From Chloroflexota bacterium (GTDB taxonomy: Bacteria; Chloroflexota; UBA11872), in the NCBI GenBank assembly GCA_028874175.1, contig JAPPLN010000069.1, forward strand, positions 606 through 64,605: 64,000 nt of DNA, written 5' to 3'. Both the position numbers and the translations under genes were made by a program. Position 1 is the first letter of the stretch. The number at the start of each line of letters is the position of its first letter. The notes under the pieces are model-generated. The model saw nothing but the letters and a program-made list of their open reading frames with translations. It made no database searches and was not told where the DNA came from. Positions 55,368 through 64,000 of this stretch are shown in pieces.

Positions 55368-56054
55368 ATGCCAGTAAACGGACGAAATGTCTCCGTCTGC
55401 ATCCCTGCCAAGGACGAAGCCGCGACGATCGAGGAGATCATCACCGGCTGCCGGCCACATGCGGACCATCTGTTTGTGGTGGACGGACACTCCACGGACG
55501 CCACACGGGAGCTGTCGGAGGCGTTGGAGGTTCCCGTCTACCTGGACGCCGGACGCGGCAAAGGCTGTGCGGTGCGCGAGGCAATCGCGCGAGCGACCGG
55601 GGACATCCTGGTCACAATCGACGCCGACATGTCGTTCGACCCCGAGGACATTCCGGCGCTGGTGGCGCCCGTGGCGAACGGCGAGGCCGAGTACTCCACG
55701 GGATCTCGGATGCGCGGGGGCAGCGATGAACTGCACGGCGACTTCGACAAATTCCTGCGCATGATGGGCCAGGACATCATCACCCTGGGCATCAACTACC
55801 GCTTCGGGGTTCGGCTGACCGATTCGCAGAGCGGCTTTCGCGCCTTCGACCTGGCGGCCGCCAGGTCAATCACGCTCCAGGAAGACATCACGACCACCGA
55901 GCAGGAAATGATCATCAAGTTCTTGCGCAAGGGATACCGCGTCGCCGAGGTCCCCACGCACGAATACGCCAGCCGGCGCGATCGCTCGCACATCTCCCTG
56001 CGGCGGCACGGCGCGCGCTACGTCTATAGCTGGCTGCGCTACATGTTCTTCTAG
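55368..56054 (+). CDS. Glycosyltransferase family 2 (polyprenyl-phosphate sugar synthase / DPM1-like)
   Basis: GT-A fold with VSVCIPAKDE, DxD (VVDGHSTD...TIDADMS) and a Q-x-x-R-F-like context (DSQSGFRAFD). Start is ATG 55368; the track ORF begins at 55317. Confidence 0.75.
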   Translation: MPVNGRNVSVCIPAKDEAATIEEIITGCRPHADHLFVVDGHSTDATRELSEALEVPVYLDAGRGKGCAVREAIARATGDILVTIDADMSFDPEDIPALVAPVANGEAEYSTGSRMRGGSDELHGDFDKFLRMMGQDIITLGINYRFGVRLTDSQSGFRAFDLAAARSITLQEDITTTEQEMIIKFLRKGYRVAEVPTHEYASRRDRSHISLRRHGARYVYSWLRYMFF

Positions 56055-56099
56055 GCGCGAGACTCCGTCGGCCTCGGCTGCACTCAGGTTGGGGTGCTA

Positions 56100-57938
56100 T
56101 CAGCCCCACATTCGGCGTGGCGGGCCTTGTGGCATAGCCTGGCCGACTTCGACCTGATCCTTGCCGGGAAACCCGGTGGTGTAGAGCTTGTAATACAGAT
56201 CGCGCTGGACCAGCAGTTCTTCGTGCGCCCCGCGCTCCACAATCTCACCGTCCTGGAAGACAAGAATCAGGTCCGCACCGCGCACGGTCGCCAGGCGGTG
56301 CGCGATCACGAACGACGTACGGCCTTCCATCAGACGTTCCAGGGCGTCCTGAATCGTCCGTTCCGTGCGCGCGTCCACGCTGGAGGTCGCCTCGTCCAGG
56401 ATCAGGATGCGCGGGTCGGCCAGCAGGGCACGGGCGAAGCAGATGAGCTGCCGCTGCCCAACTGACAGCCGGGCGCCGCGCTCGCGCACGTCGGTCTGGT
56501 AGCCGTTCGGCAATTCCTGGATGAAGTCGTGCGCACCCACGGCCTTCGCGGCATCAATTACCTCTTGCTCCGACGCCTCCGGCCGCCCGAACACAATGTT
56601 CTGATAGATGCTGCCCGAGAAGAGAAAGCTGTCCTGGGGCACGATGCCGAGCTGGCTTCGCAGAGATTGCTGCGTGACCGAGCGGATTGGATAGCCGTCG
56701 ATCCGAGCCTCGCCGGCATCCGCGTCGTAGAAGCGAGCCAGCAGATTGATCGTGGTCGTCTTTCCGGCGCCGGTTGGACCGACCAGGGCCACCCGCTGTC
56801 CCGGTTCGGCTGTGAACGAGACGTTGCGCAACACGTCGGCGCCGTCGTACGCAAAGGTCACGTCGTCAAACTCCACCCGGCCGGTAATGCGCGGCATGTC
56901 CACGGCCAGGGGCGAGTCACTGATTTCTTCCGGCTCGTCCATCAACTCGAAAATTTTCTCGCCGGCCGCCATCGTGGACTGCAATTGGTTGTAGAAGCGC
57001 GTGAGTTGCTGGATCGGCTGGAAGAACCGGGCCACCAGGGCGATAAAGGCCACCAGGACACCGGTGCTCGTGTCGCCGCCCACGACGAGCGAGCCGCCAA
57101 CCACAATCACCAGGGCCGTAGCGATGGCCGAGATCGTGTCGATGACTGGGATGAACCCGGACACGATGGCTCCTGCCCGCACGCTGGCGGCTACGTTAGC
57201 CTGGTTGGTGGCCTCAAATCGCGAGGCATTCGTTCGCTCGCGGCCGAACGACTGGGTGACGCGGACCCCGTCGATGCTCTCCTGCAAGTTGGCGTACACA
57301 TCGCCCACCGTGCTCCGAACGTCGCGGAACGCGTTGCGCGCCTTGGCGCTGAAGAACCGGCTCGCGGCCCACATGACCGGCAGCATGATCAGCGTGACCA
57401 GCGCCAGCTTGGCGTCAAGCAAGAACATCATGATCACGATGATGAGCAGGATGAAGACATCCGTGACCAGCGAGACGACACCCATCGTCACGAACTCGCT
57501 GATTACGTCTACGTCGTTGGTCACGCGGGACATCACGGCGCCCAGCGGGTGACGGGTGAAGTACGACAGCGACAGCCGGTTCAGCTTGGCGAACAGGTCG
57601 TTGCGCAGCCGCAACAAGCTCGCCTGCCCGATCGTGGCCGAGATTCGGACCTGGAAGTAGGTGCCCGCCCACATCACAAATAACGTGAGCAGGTAGACCG
57701 CACCGACGGTGCTCAGCGTGTCAAAGTCGCGGTTCGCGATTCCCTCATCAATCCCGATCTTCAGCAGCAGTGGTCCGGCAACGTTGGCGCCGGACCCAAT
57801 CGAGACCATGACAATGGCCAGCGCGATCATTCGCTTGTGTGGGCGCAGGTAAGCCAGCAGTCGGCGGGTAACCTGCGGGTTGTAGGCGGCCGCGTCGCCC
57901 TCAAAGCGGCCCATGGACATTCGGCCGCCACCCATCAT
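56100..57938 (-). CDS. ABC exporter, fused permease-ATPase (heterodimer partner B)
   Basis: Six-TM exporter domain plus NBD with GPTGAGKTT, LSVGQRQ and ILILDEATS. The probable ATG at 57938 overlaps the upstream gene stop as ATGA. Confidence 0.85.
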   Translation of the reverse strand: MMGGGRMSMGRFEGDAAAYNPQVTRRLLAYLRPHKRMIALAIVMVSIGSGANVAGPLLLKIGIDEGIANRDFDTLSTVGAVYLLTLFVMWAGTYFQVRISATIGQASLLRLRNDLFAKLNRLSLSYFTRHPLGAVMSRVTNDVDVISEFVTMGVVSLVTDVFILLIIVIMMFLLDAKLALVTLIMLPVMWAASRFFSAKARNAFRDVRSTVGDVYANLQESIDGVRVTQSFGRERTNASRFEATNQANVAASVRAGAIVSGFIPVIDTISAIATALVIVVGGSLVVGGDTSTGVLVAFIALVARFFQPIQQLTRFYNQLQSTMAAGEKIFELMDEPEEISDSPLAVDMPRITGRVEFDDVTFAYDGADVLRNVSFTAEPGQRVALVGPTGAGKTTTINLLARFYDADAGEARIDGYPIRSVTQQSLRSQLGIVPQDSFLFSGSIYQNIVFGRPEASEQEVIDAAKAVGAHDFIQELPNGYQTDVRERGARLSVGQRQLICFARALLADPRILILDEATSSVDARTERTIQDALERLMEGRTSFVIAHRLATVRGADLILVFQDGEIVERGAHEELLVQRDLYYKLYTTGFPGKDQVEVGQAMPQGPPRRMWG

Positions 57939-59734
57939 GACGACGGGCTCCCGACGGGGCTCGAGCTGGCGCCGGCGCTGGCGGCTTCGCGACGCAGGCG
58001 CTCGGCCTCGGCTTCCTGGGCCTCCCACATCTCGCGGTACAGTCCGTCGGTCTCGATCAGGTCCTCGTGGCGACCGCGCTGCTCAATGGCGCCGTGGTCA
58101 AGCACGATGATCTCGGCCACGTGGCGCACGCTGCGGATGCGCTGGCTAATGATCAGCGTGGTCCGGCCCTGCTGGGCGGTTCGCAACGCATCCTGGATCG
58201 CGTGCTCAGTCCACGTATCCACGCTTGATGTCGACTCATCGAGAATCAGGATGCGCGGATCCAGCACCAGCGCCCGGGCAATCGCCACCCGTTGCTTCTG
58301 GCCGCCCGACAACGTGACGCCGCGCTCGCCAACCACGGTCTCGTAGCCGTTGGGCAGCGTCTCAATGAACCCATGAATCTGAGCCAGCCGGGCTGCCGTG
58401 ACCACCTGTTCACGGGTGGCATCGGGCCGGCCGTAGGCAATGTTGGCGCGAACGGTGTCGGCAAAGACGAATGGCTCTTGATGGACGATGCCGATCTGCG
58501 CGCGCAGCGAGTCGATAGTCAGGTCGCGCACGTCAATGCCGTCCACCAACACCCGTCCGTCGTTGGCGTCATAAAACCGCGGCAGCAGGTTGATGATGGA
58601 GCTCTTCCCCGAGCCCGTACCGCCGACGATGCCGAGCGCCTGACCGGGAGCAATCTCGAAATTGATATCGCTGAGCACCGAATGGTGCTCATGCTGAAAG
58701 CCAACGCGCTCGAACGTTACGCGGCCCTCGGCCTTCGTGAGCGCCTCGGCATGGGGCGATTCCAGCACGTCGGACCGCTCGTCGAGGATGTCGAAGATGC
58801 GTTCCCCGGAGGCGACGGCCCGAGCAAAACTGTTAATGGTCATGCCCAACATGCGGACGGGCATCATCAGCAGCAGCAAGTAGGTGTTGAATGCCACCAG
58901 CGTTCCCAGGGTGAAGTTGGGATCATCGATCACCTTCCAGCCGCCAAACCAGAGCACTGCCACCTGCCCGGCGCCGAGGATGGCGTTGAACAGTGGCGCG
59001 CGCATGGCGAACATGCGCATCACGGTGACCGTGCGGTCGTTGAGCGTGGCGTTGACCGGAGCAAAGCGGCGAGCTTCGGCATCTTCCTGGGCAAACGCGC
59101 GCACCACGCGTGCTCCCGCCAGGTTCTCCTGCACCACCACATTCACGTCCGCCCAGGCTTCCTGCACCATCTGAAACAGCGGCCGGATGCGCTTGGCAAA
59201 CGAAAGGGCGATGCCGACCAGCAGCGGAACGATCAGTAGCGACAGCAGAGCCAGTTGCCAGTCGATCACAAACAGGATGACCGCCACGCCACCGGTGACC
59301 AGCAAGATCTGCACAATCTGGAAGATGCCCATCGACGCGAAGCGGCGAACGCGTTCGACATCGCTGGTCGTCCGCGACATCAGTTCGCCCGTTCGGGTCT
59401 GGTCGTGGAATCGGAACGAGAGGCTCTGGATGTGCATGTAGAGCTGATTGCGAATGGCAAAGACCACCCGCTGGCTCAATACCTCGGCCATGAACTGACG
59501 GCCAAACTGCGAGAGGCCCTTGAAGGCCGTGAAGGCGACCACCAGACCTGCAGTGACGTAGAGAACCGACTGAGCGCCTTCCTCAAGACCTCCGTCGATG
59601 GCCTGCCGCAAGAACATCGGAATCGCAAGGTCGGCAAACGTGCCGACCAGGGTGACGGCCAGGGTGCCCAGGCTCAGCCGCCAGTGTGGCAGGGCGTAGC
59701 GGATCAGGCGGGCCAGAATCGTGGTGCTACGCAT
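57935..59734 (-). CDS. ABC exporter, fused permease-ATPase (heterodimer partner A)
   Basis: Six-TM domain plus NBD with GGTGSGKSS, LSGGQKQR and ILILDESTS. Confidence 0.85.
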   Translation of the reverse strand: MRSTTILARLIRYALPHWRLSLGTLAVTLVGTFADLAIPMFLRQAIDGGLEEGAQSVLYVTAGLVVAFTAFKGLSQFGRQFMAEVLSQRVVFAIRNQLYMHIQSLSFRFHDQTRTGELMSRTTSDVERVRRFASMGIFQIVQILLVTGGVAVILFVIDWQLALLSLLIVPLLVGIALSFAKRIRPLFQMVQEAWADVNVVVQENLAGARVVRAFAQEDAEARRFAPVNATLNDRTVTVMRMFAMRAPLFNAILGAGQVAVLWFGGWKVIDDPNFTLGTLVAFNTYLLLLMMPVRMLGMTINSFARAVASGERIFDILDERSDVLESPHAEALTKAEGRVTFERVGFQHEHHSVLSDINFEIAPGQALGIVGGTGSGKSSIINLLPRFYDANDGRVLVDGIDVRDLTIDSLRAQIGIVHQEPFVFADTVRANIAYGRPDATREQVVTAARLAQIHGFIETLPNGYETVVGERGVTLSGGQKQRVAIARALVLDPRILILDESTSSVDTWTEHAIQDALRTAQQGRTTLIISQRIRSVRHVAEIIVLDHGAIEQRGRHEDLIETDGLYREMWEAQEAEAERLRREAASAGASSSPVGSPSS

Positions 59735-60218
59735 GGACGGCCCTTGGTCGCGATCCGAAATAGCCGGCTTCCCGCTTGGCGCTGATAGCGGCGTTCAGCC
59801 GAACGAGGGCTTCGGCAATGTCCGCGAGGTTGGATGCGTCAAGTTCGTCAAGCGCGCCTTCCAGGTACTCCACAAAGGCGGCTTCATAGGCGGCCAGGTT
59901 CCCGAGGCCTTCGGACGTAGCTTCGATCAGGAGATGCCGACGATCCACGGGGTCCTCGGTTCGAGTGGCAAGGCCGGCCACAACCAGACGATCGACCGTC
60001 TGCGACATGGTTTGGCTGCTCAGCAGCTGCCAGTTGGCCAAGTCCTTCATTCGACGAGGGCCCCGCCGACGGAGCGCGCGCAGCGTCCGATATTCCGGCT
60101 GCGTCAGCCCCAAGCTGGCTTCGCGAGTTTTGGCAAAGCGCTGCGCAATGCGCGCGAGGCGCGAACCAAGAACTGCCAATTCAGCAGCGACGTGAGCGCC
60201 CGACTCGTCGATTTTCAT
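59727..60218 (-). CDS. MarR family transcriptional regulator
   Basis: 163 aa. Winged-HTH core (LTQPEYRTLRALRRRGPRRMKDLANWQLLSSQTMSQTVDRLVVAGLATRTEDPVDRR). It overlaps the downstream ABC exporter start by 8 nt. Confidence 0.8.
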   Translation of the reverse strand: MKIDESGAHVAAELAVLGSRLARIAQRFAKTREASLGLTQPEYRTLRALRRRGPRRMKDLANWQLLSSQTMSQTVDRLVVAGLATRTEDPVDRRHLLIEATSEGLGNLAAYEAAFVEYLEGALDELDASNLADIAEALVRLNAAISAKREAGYFGSRPRAVHA

Positions 60219-60316
60219 CAGTTAACCGAATGTTCCTGTTGCCGAATGATATGGATTGCGTACGAGTCCTGCAAGTCGCCGAGCCTTCGAGGCGATGCCT
60301 GGGTGAGCCCTGTGTG

Positions 60317-62740
60317 CTAGTGCGGAGGCCCGTCGTGCCAACGCCGGGCGAATTGGTCCAGCCGGGCCTGCGCCGCACCGAACACCGTGTCGGAAGAAAA
60401 GCGACCCAACGTGTCGGGTGTGCCAGCGGAACGGCCGGTAAGCAGTTCGACGGCCTCGGCGACATGTGCAGCGGCGTAAATGTGGAACGTGCCCTCGTCT
60501 ACCGCGCCCGTCACGTCCCAGCGCAGCGTCAAATTCCGGGCATTGCTGGCCGGAATTAGTACGCCTTGCTCCTCCGTTAGCCCTTGGCGTACGCAGAGGT
60601 CATAAAAGCCCTCGATCTTTTGCGTTACGCCGCCCACGGCCTGCACCTCGCCGTGCTGATTCACGGACCCTGTAACTGCGATGCCCTGATCCAAGGGGTA
60701 ATCGGACAGTGCTGACATCAGAGCCAACAGTTCAGCCAGCGAGGCGCTGTCGCCTTCCACGCCCCAGTAGGACTGCTCGAACGCAATGCTGGCGCTCATG
60801 GTCAGCGGGCCGTCCAGGCCAAACGTGCCGTTCAGGAACCCGGCCAGGATCATGGCGCCCTTGTCGTGGATGGGACCTGAGAGCTTCGCTTCCCGGTCGA
60901 TGCTGATGACGCCATCACGCCCGGCGAACACCCGGGCCGTGATCCGGTTGGGCTGCCCGAATTCGTGGCTGCCTACGCCAATGACTGTGAGACCGTTCAA
61001 TTGCCCTACAGCCGAACCAGCGGCATCGATCATGACCGTACCGTCGGCCATCCGGTCGCGGATCTGAGTCTCCAGCCGGTTTGACCGCCGAATGCGCTCG
61101 TCAATGGAGGCCCAGACGTCTTCCTCGGTGACCAGGTCTCCCCCTCGGCGTCGTGCCCAGTACTCGGCCTCACGCACGATGTCGCTGATGTCGCCGAAGC
61201 GGGTGGAGAGCTTGCTGCGGTCGCCGGCCAGCCGTACTCCTTCTTCCACGATCCGCGCCACGGCGGATCGGTCGAAGTGCCGCAGGCCCTCGTCGGCGCA
61301 GCGGGCCGCGATGAACTGCGCGTAGCGCATCGTGTTTTCCGCGTTTAGCTCAATCTCCGTCTCGAATTCCGCCAGAACCTTGAATAGCTGGCCGAAGTCA
61401 GGGTCCAGTTCGTACAACAGCGCGTAGACGTCCGGCGGACCCACCAGTGCAACTTTCAGGTCCAGCGGCAGTGGCTCCGGTTCCAGCCGCGCTGTGTGTG
61501 GCATACCCAGTTCCTCGGCCACGCTCTCGATTCGTACCCGCTCATTGCGGAGCGCCCGTTTTAGGGCCGCGTACGATGCACCGGACTGCAACAGGTCGTC
61601 GGCGTTCAGCACCAGGTATCCGCCATTCGCGCGGTGTAGCGCCCCCGGCTGGATCAGGGTGAAGTCAGTGGTGCTTACGCCCAGTTCCGTCCGTGTCTCC
61701 ACCCGCCCAAACAGGTGGGGGTGGGTCGGGTGAGTGTCCCGAACCAGCGGCGCCCCGGTTCCGGGTACGTGCGTAACGAGTACGTTGACGCGATAGGGCA
61801 GGTAGGGGTCCCGCGCCGGTCCAGGCTGCTCCTTGGGCAGCGCGGTCGAGTCGGACTCCAGAAAGTCCTCGTGATGCTGGGCGACGTGCGACTCGACCGC
61901 ATCCAGGTGCGCGGCGACATCCGGGAGTGCGGCGTACTCCTCGCGCAGGTCGTCCAGCAGCGGTCTCGCCACGCTGCGGGCCACGTCGGCATTCAAGTCG
62001 TTGAGTGTTGATCGGGCCGCGCGCTGGCGGCGACGCAGTCGCCGCATCAAGCGGGCCAGCCGGTCATCCAGCTCCTGGCCGGTTGCCTGGATTAGCTCGC
62101 GCTCGGCATCGGTCAGGTCGCTCAAGGCCTCCGTCGACAGCGGCTGGCCGTCCTCCACCGGGGTCACCCGCAGACCCACCGGTGAGTGCGTCACAGCGAA
62201 ACCATGGGCGCTGGCGTGCGCTTCGAAACCCGTAAAGGCCTCACGCCGCTCGATCTGCACCCCCTGCGTCAGCGCGTCACGCTGATTCTGATACTCCTCG
62301 GTTTCGAACGCGCGCTGCATGTCGTGGCGCAACGTCTCCACAACGTCGCGCAGCCGCGTGCGAAAGGTCGGCGCCTGGCCTGCCGGCAGCCGCAGCGCCC
62401 GCGGTCGGTGACTGTCGACAAAGTTGTGAACGTAGCACCAGTCGTCGGGCGTGGGCCGGCGGGAGGCTTCAGCCTTGAGCCGGGCCATGATCATTGACGT
62501 GCGGCCGGTACCCGGGATACCGGCGGCGTAGATATTGAACCCGCGGCTGCGAATATCGACGCCGAACTCGAGCGACCGTCCGGCCCGCTCCTGGCCGATC
62601 AGGGCGTCTGGCGGCGTCAACTCCGCCGTGGACTGAAACTGCAGCTCGTTCGGACCGCAAGTCCACCGCACCTGGGCGGCCGAGAGTCGCCGCGCCCCGC
62701 GGCCCGCATCGTCTCGTTTGAAGACGCCCGAATTGGCCAC
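60317..62740 (-). CDS. Lon-like S16 protease with degenerate AAA+ Walker A motif (LonC-like)
   Basis: C-terminal Lon proteolytic domain with Ser (EGDSASLAELLAL) and Lys (VGGVTQKIEGF) dyad context. The N-terminal P-loop reads GIPGTGRTS, with Arg in place of the invariant Lys. At 807 aa with a long helical insert it resembles LonC-type enzymes. Confidence 0.7.
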   Translation of the reverse strand: MANSGVFKRDDAGRGARRLSAAQVRWTCGPNELQFQSTAELTPPDALIGQERAGRSLEFGVDIRSRGFNIYAAGIPGTGRTSMIMARLKAEASRRPTPDDWCYVHNFVDSHRPRALRLPAGQAPTFRTRLRDVVETLRHDMQRAFETEEYQNQRDALTQGVQIERREAFTGFEAHASAHGFAVTHSPVGLRVTPVEDGQPLSTEALSDLTDAERELIQATGQELDDRLARLMRRLRRRQRAARSTLNDLNADVARSVARPLLDDLREEYAALPDVAAHLDAVESHVAQHHEDFLESDSTALPKEQPGPARDPYLPYRVNVLVTHVPGTGAPLVRDTHPTHPHLFGRVETRTELGVSTTDFTLIQPGALHRANGGYLVLNADDLLQSGASYAALKRALRNERVRIESVAEELGMPHTARLEPEPLPLDLKVALVGPPDVYALLYELDPDFGQLFKVLAEFETEIELNAENTMRYAQFIAARCADEGLRHFDRSAVARIVEEGVRLAGDRSKLSTRFGDISDIVREAEYWARRRGGDLVTEEDVWASIDERIRRSNRLETQIRDRMADGTVMIDAAGSAVGQLNGLTVIGVGSHEFGQPNRITARVFAGRDGVISIDREAKLSGPIHDKGAMILAGFLNGTFGLDGPLTMSASIAFEQSYWGVEGDSASLAELLALMSALSDYPLDQGIAVTGSVNQHGEVQAVGGVTQKIEGFYDLCVRQGLTEEQGVLIPASNARNLTLRWDVTGAVDEGTFHIYAAAHVAEAVELLTGRSAGTPDTLGRFSSDTVFGAAQARLDQFARRWHDGPPH

Positions 62741-62845
62741 ACTCGAGCCCTCCGGGCGACAAGCGCGCGAAGTCTAGCAGCGAGCTCCAACCCCGCGTTC
62801 GCCGAAGTCCCTACACTGCGGGCGTCCCAACCAGGGTCGCACCAC

Positions 62846-63802
62846 ATGAAAATCCTGATTTACATGCCCAGCCACTGGGCGGACGAGTGGACCGAGATGC
62901 CGGCGCTGTTTCCGGACCACGAGTTCGCCTTCGTTTACGACATGAGATCCGCCGTCACCGAGATTCGTGACGCCGAAGTGCTCGTCGTGCTGGGCGCAGC
63001 GGTCGAGCCCGAAGTGCTTGACGCCGGGAAGTCACTGAAGTGGTTGCAGATTGCCAGTGCTGGCATCGACTCCCTCGCCGCCCGCGGCGCCGACCGCTAC
63101 GGCCACCTGCTCGTCACCAACGCGCGGGCGCTGTTGGCCTCGCATGTGGCCGAATCGGCCGTGGCCCTGCTGACGGCCTTGACCCGCGGGATTCACTACT
63201 CGGCCCTGAGGCAGGCCGAGCATCGCTGGGACAACAGCTATGACTACGACGAGGCGGCCGGCAAGCGGGCGCTGATCGTCGGCGTGGGCGGCATCGGCCG
63301 CGCCGTCGCCAGCCGCTATCACGCCCTGGAGATGGAAGTGCGAGGTGCCGACGTCGTGGTCGGTGAGCCCGACGACGCCCTCCAATCAGTCCACCCGGTG
63401 GCTGACTTGCTCGACTTGCTGCCCGATACCGACGTGCTGACCCTGTGCTGCCCCTACACGCCCCAGACCCATCACATCGTCAACCAGGCGGTCTTCGACG
63501 CGCTGCCCGACGGTGCCTACCTCATCAATGTGGCTCGCGGGCCATGTGTCGACACGGCCGCCCTGATCCGGACTGTGCGTGCGGGCCGGCTGCGTGGCGT
63601 GGGACTGGACGTCGTGGAACAGGAGCCGCATCCGCCCGACAGCGAAGTCTGGGATCTGCCGAACGTGCTGATGACGCCCCACATGGCCGGGGCTTCTCCA
63701 CGCCGCGGGGAGCGCGTGGTCCCCTTTGTGACCGACAACCTGCGCCGCTATCTGCGCGGCGAGCCGCTCAACAACGTGGTGGACCTGGCTCGCGGCTTCT
63801 AG
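62846..63802 (+). CDS. D-isomer-specific 2-hydroxyacid dehydrogenase family protein
   Basis: NAD-binding GVGGIGRAVA, catalytic Arg (NVARG) and Glu-His pair (VEQEP...TPHMAG) are present. Confidence 0.8.
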   Translation: MKILIYMPSHWADEWTEMPALFPDHEFAFVYDMRSAVTEIRDAEVLVVLGAAVEPEVLDAGKSLKWLQIASAGIDSLAARGADRYGHLLVTNARALLASHVAESAVALLTALTRGIHYSALRQAEHRWDNSYDYDEAAGKRALIVGVGGIGRAVASRYHALEMEVRGADVVVGEPDDALQSVHPVADLLDLLPDTDVLTLCCPYTPQTHHIVNQAVFDALPDGAYLINVARGPCVDTAALIRTVRAGRLRGVGLDVVEQEPHPPDSEVWDLPNVLMTPHMAGASPRRGERVVPFVTDNLRRYLRGEPLNNVVDLARGF

Positions 63803-63850
63803 CTGCCCGACAGTCGTCCTGGGAGGGAATTCACCGTTCGCCGGCGGGCC

Positions 63851-64000
<150 letters not shown>

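Overview
This is a high-GC (~68-70%) bacterial chromosomal segment that is densely coded on both strands and mostly carries housekeeping and transport genes. I see no rRNA, CRISPR array, integrase or transposase. Gene content and codon bias suggest a Chloroflexota/Thermomicrobia- or Actinobacteria-like organism, but I cannot verify this from sequence alone.

Main content, in order along the window:
- A three-gene minus-strand module encoding two large GT-C-type integral membrane glycosyltransferase-like proteins and an FAD oxidoreductase.
- A frameshifted orphan solute-binding lipoprotein with a Tat signal.
- Small conserved proteins (YjbQ, a HAD hydrolase, an NHL propeller protein).
- A ~1.3 kb lower-GC patch carrying a glycine-rich protein of unknown function, which sits divergent from an ABC-2 exporter.
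- A methyltransferase, a brnTA toxin-antitoxin pair, gamma-glutamyltransferase, a GNAT acetyltransferase, an MmpL-DUF2236 pair, a second ABC-2 operon and a tRNA-Lys(TTT).
- An SDR, a PmoA-family protein, and a SulP transporter convergent with a beta-carbonic anhydrase.
- A tight SAM-cycle/methionine-salvage operon (mtnA, mtnP, PfkB kinase, ahcY, metK) preceded by an enolase-superfamily gene and an NYN-domain gene.
- A glycan-utilisation cluster (formylglycine-generating-enzyme-like protein, GH127, cytoplasmic sialidase, PfkB kinase, YbjQ).
- An amidase, a nitroreductase, pfkA and nadA.
- An RpoD-family sigma factor divergent from a Cys-rich HTH regulator, a NifS cysteine desulfurase, a small repeat-containing membrane protein and IscA.
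- ftsY, a sugar nucleotidyltransferase, an MFS transporter, tpiA, a PHP hydrolase and a GT2.
- A MarR regulator with a heterodimeric ABC exporter operon, a Lon-like protease with a degenerate Walker A motif, and a 2-hydroxyacid dehydrogenase.

The most notable non-genic signals are:
- an 18-bp perfect palindrome (ATGTTTCACGTGAAACAT) present twice, 17 kb apart, both times intergenic;
- a textbook bidirectional intrinsic terminator located inside a divergent promoter region, 20 nt upstream of the NYN gene and preceded by a lower-GC ~150-nt leader;
- a lower-GC island with atypical codon usage.

Many long arginine-rich antisense ORFs in the six-frame track are high-GC artefacts and were ignored.
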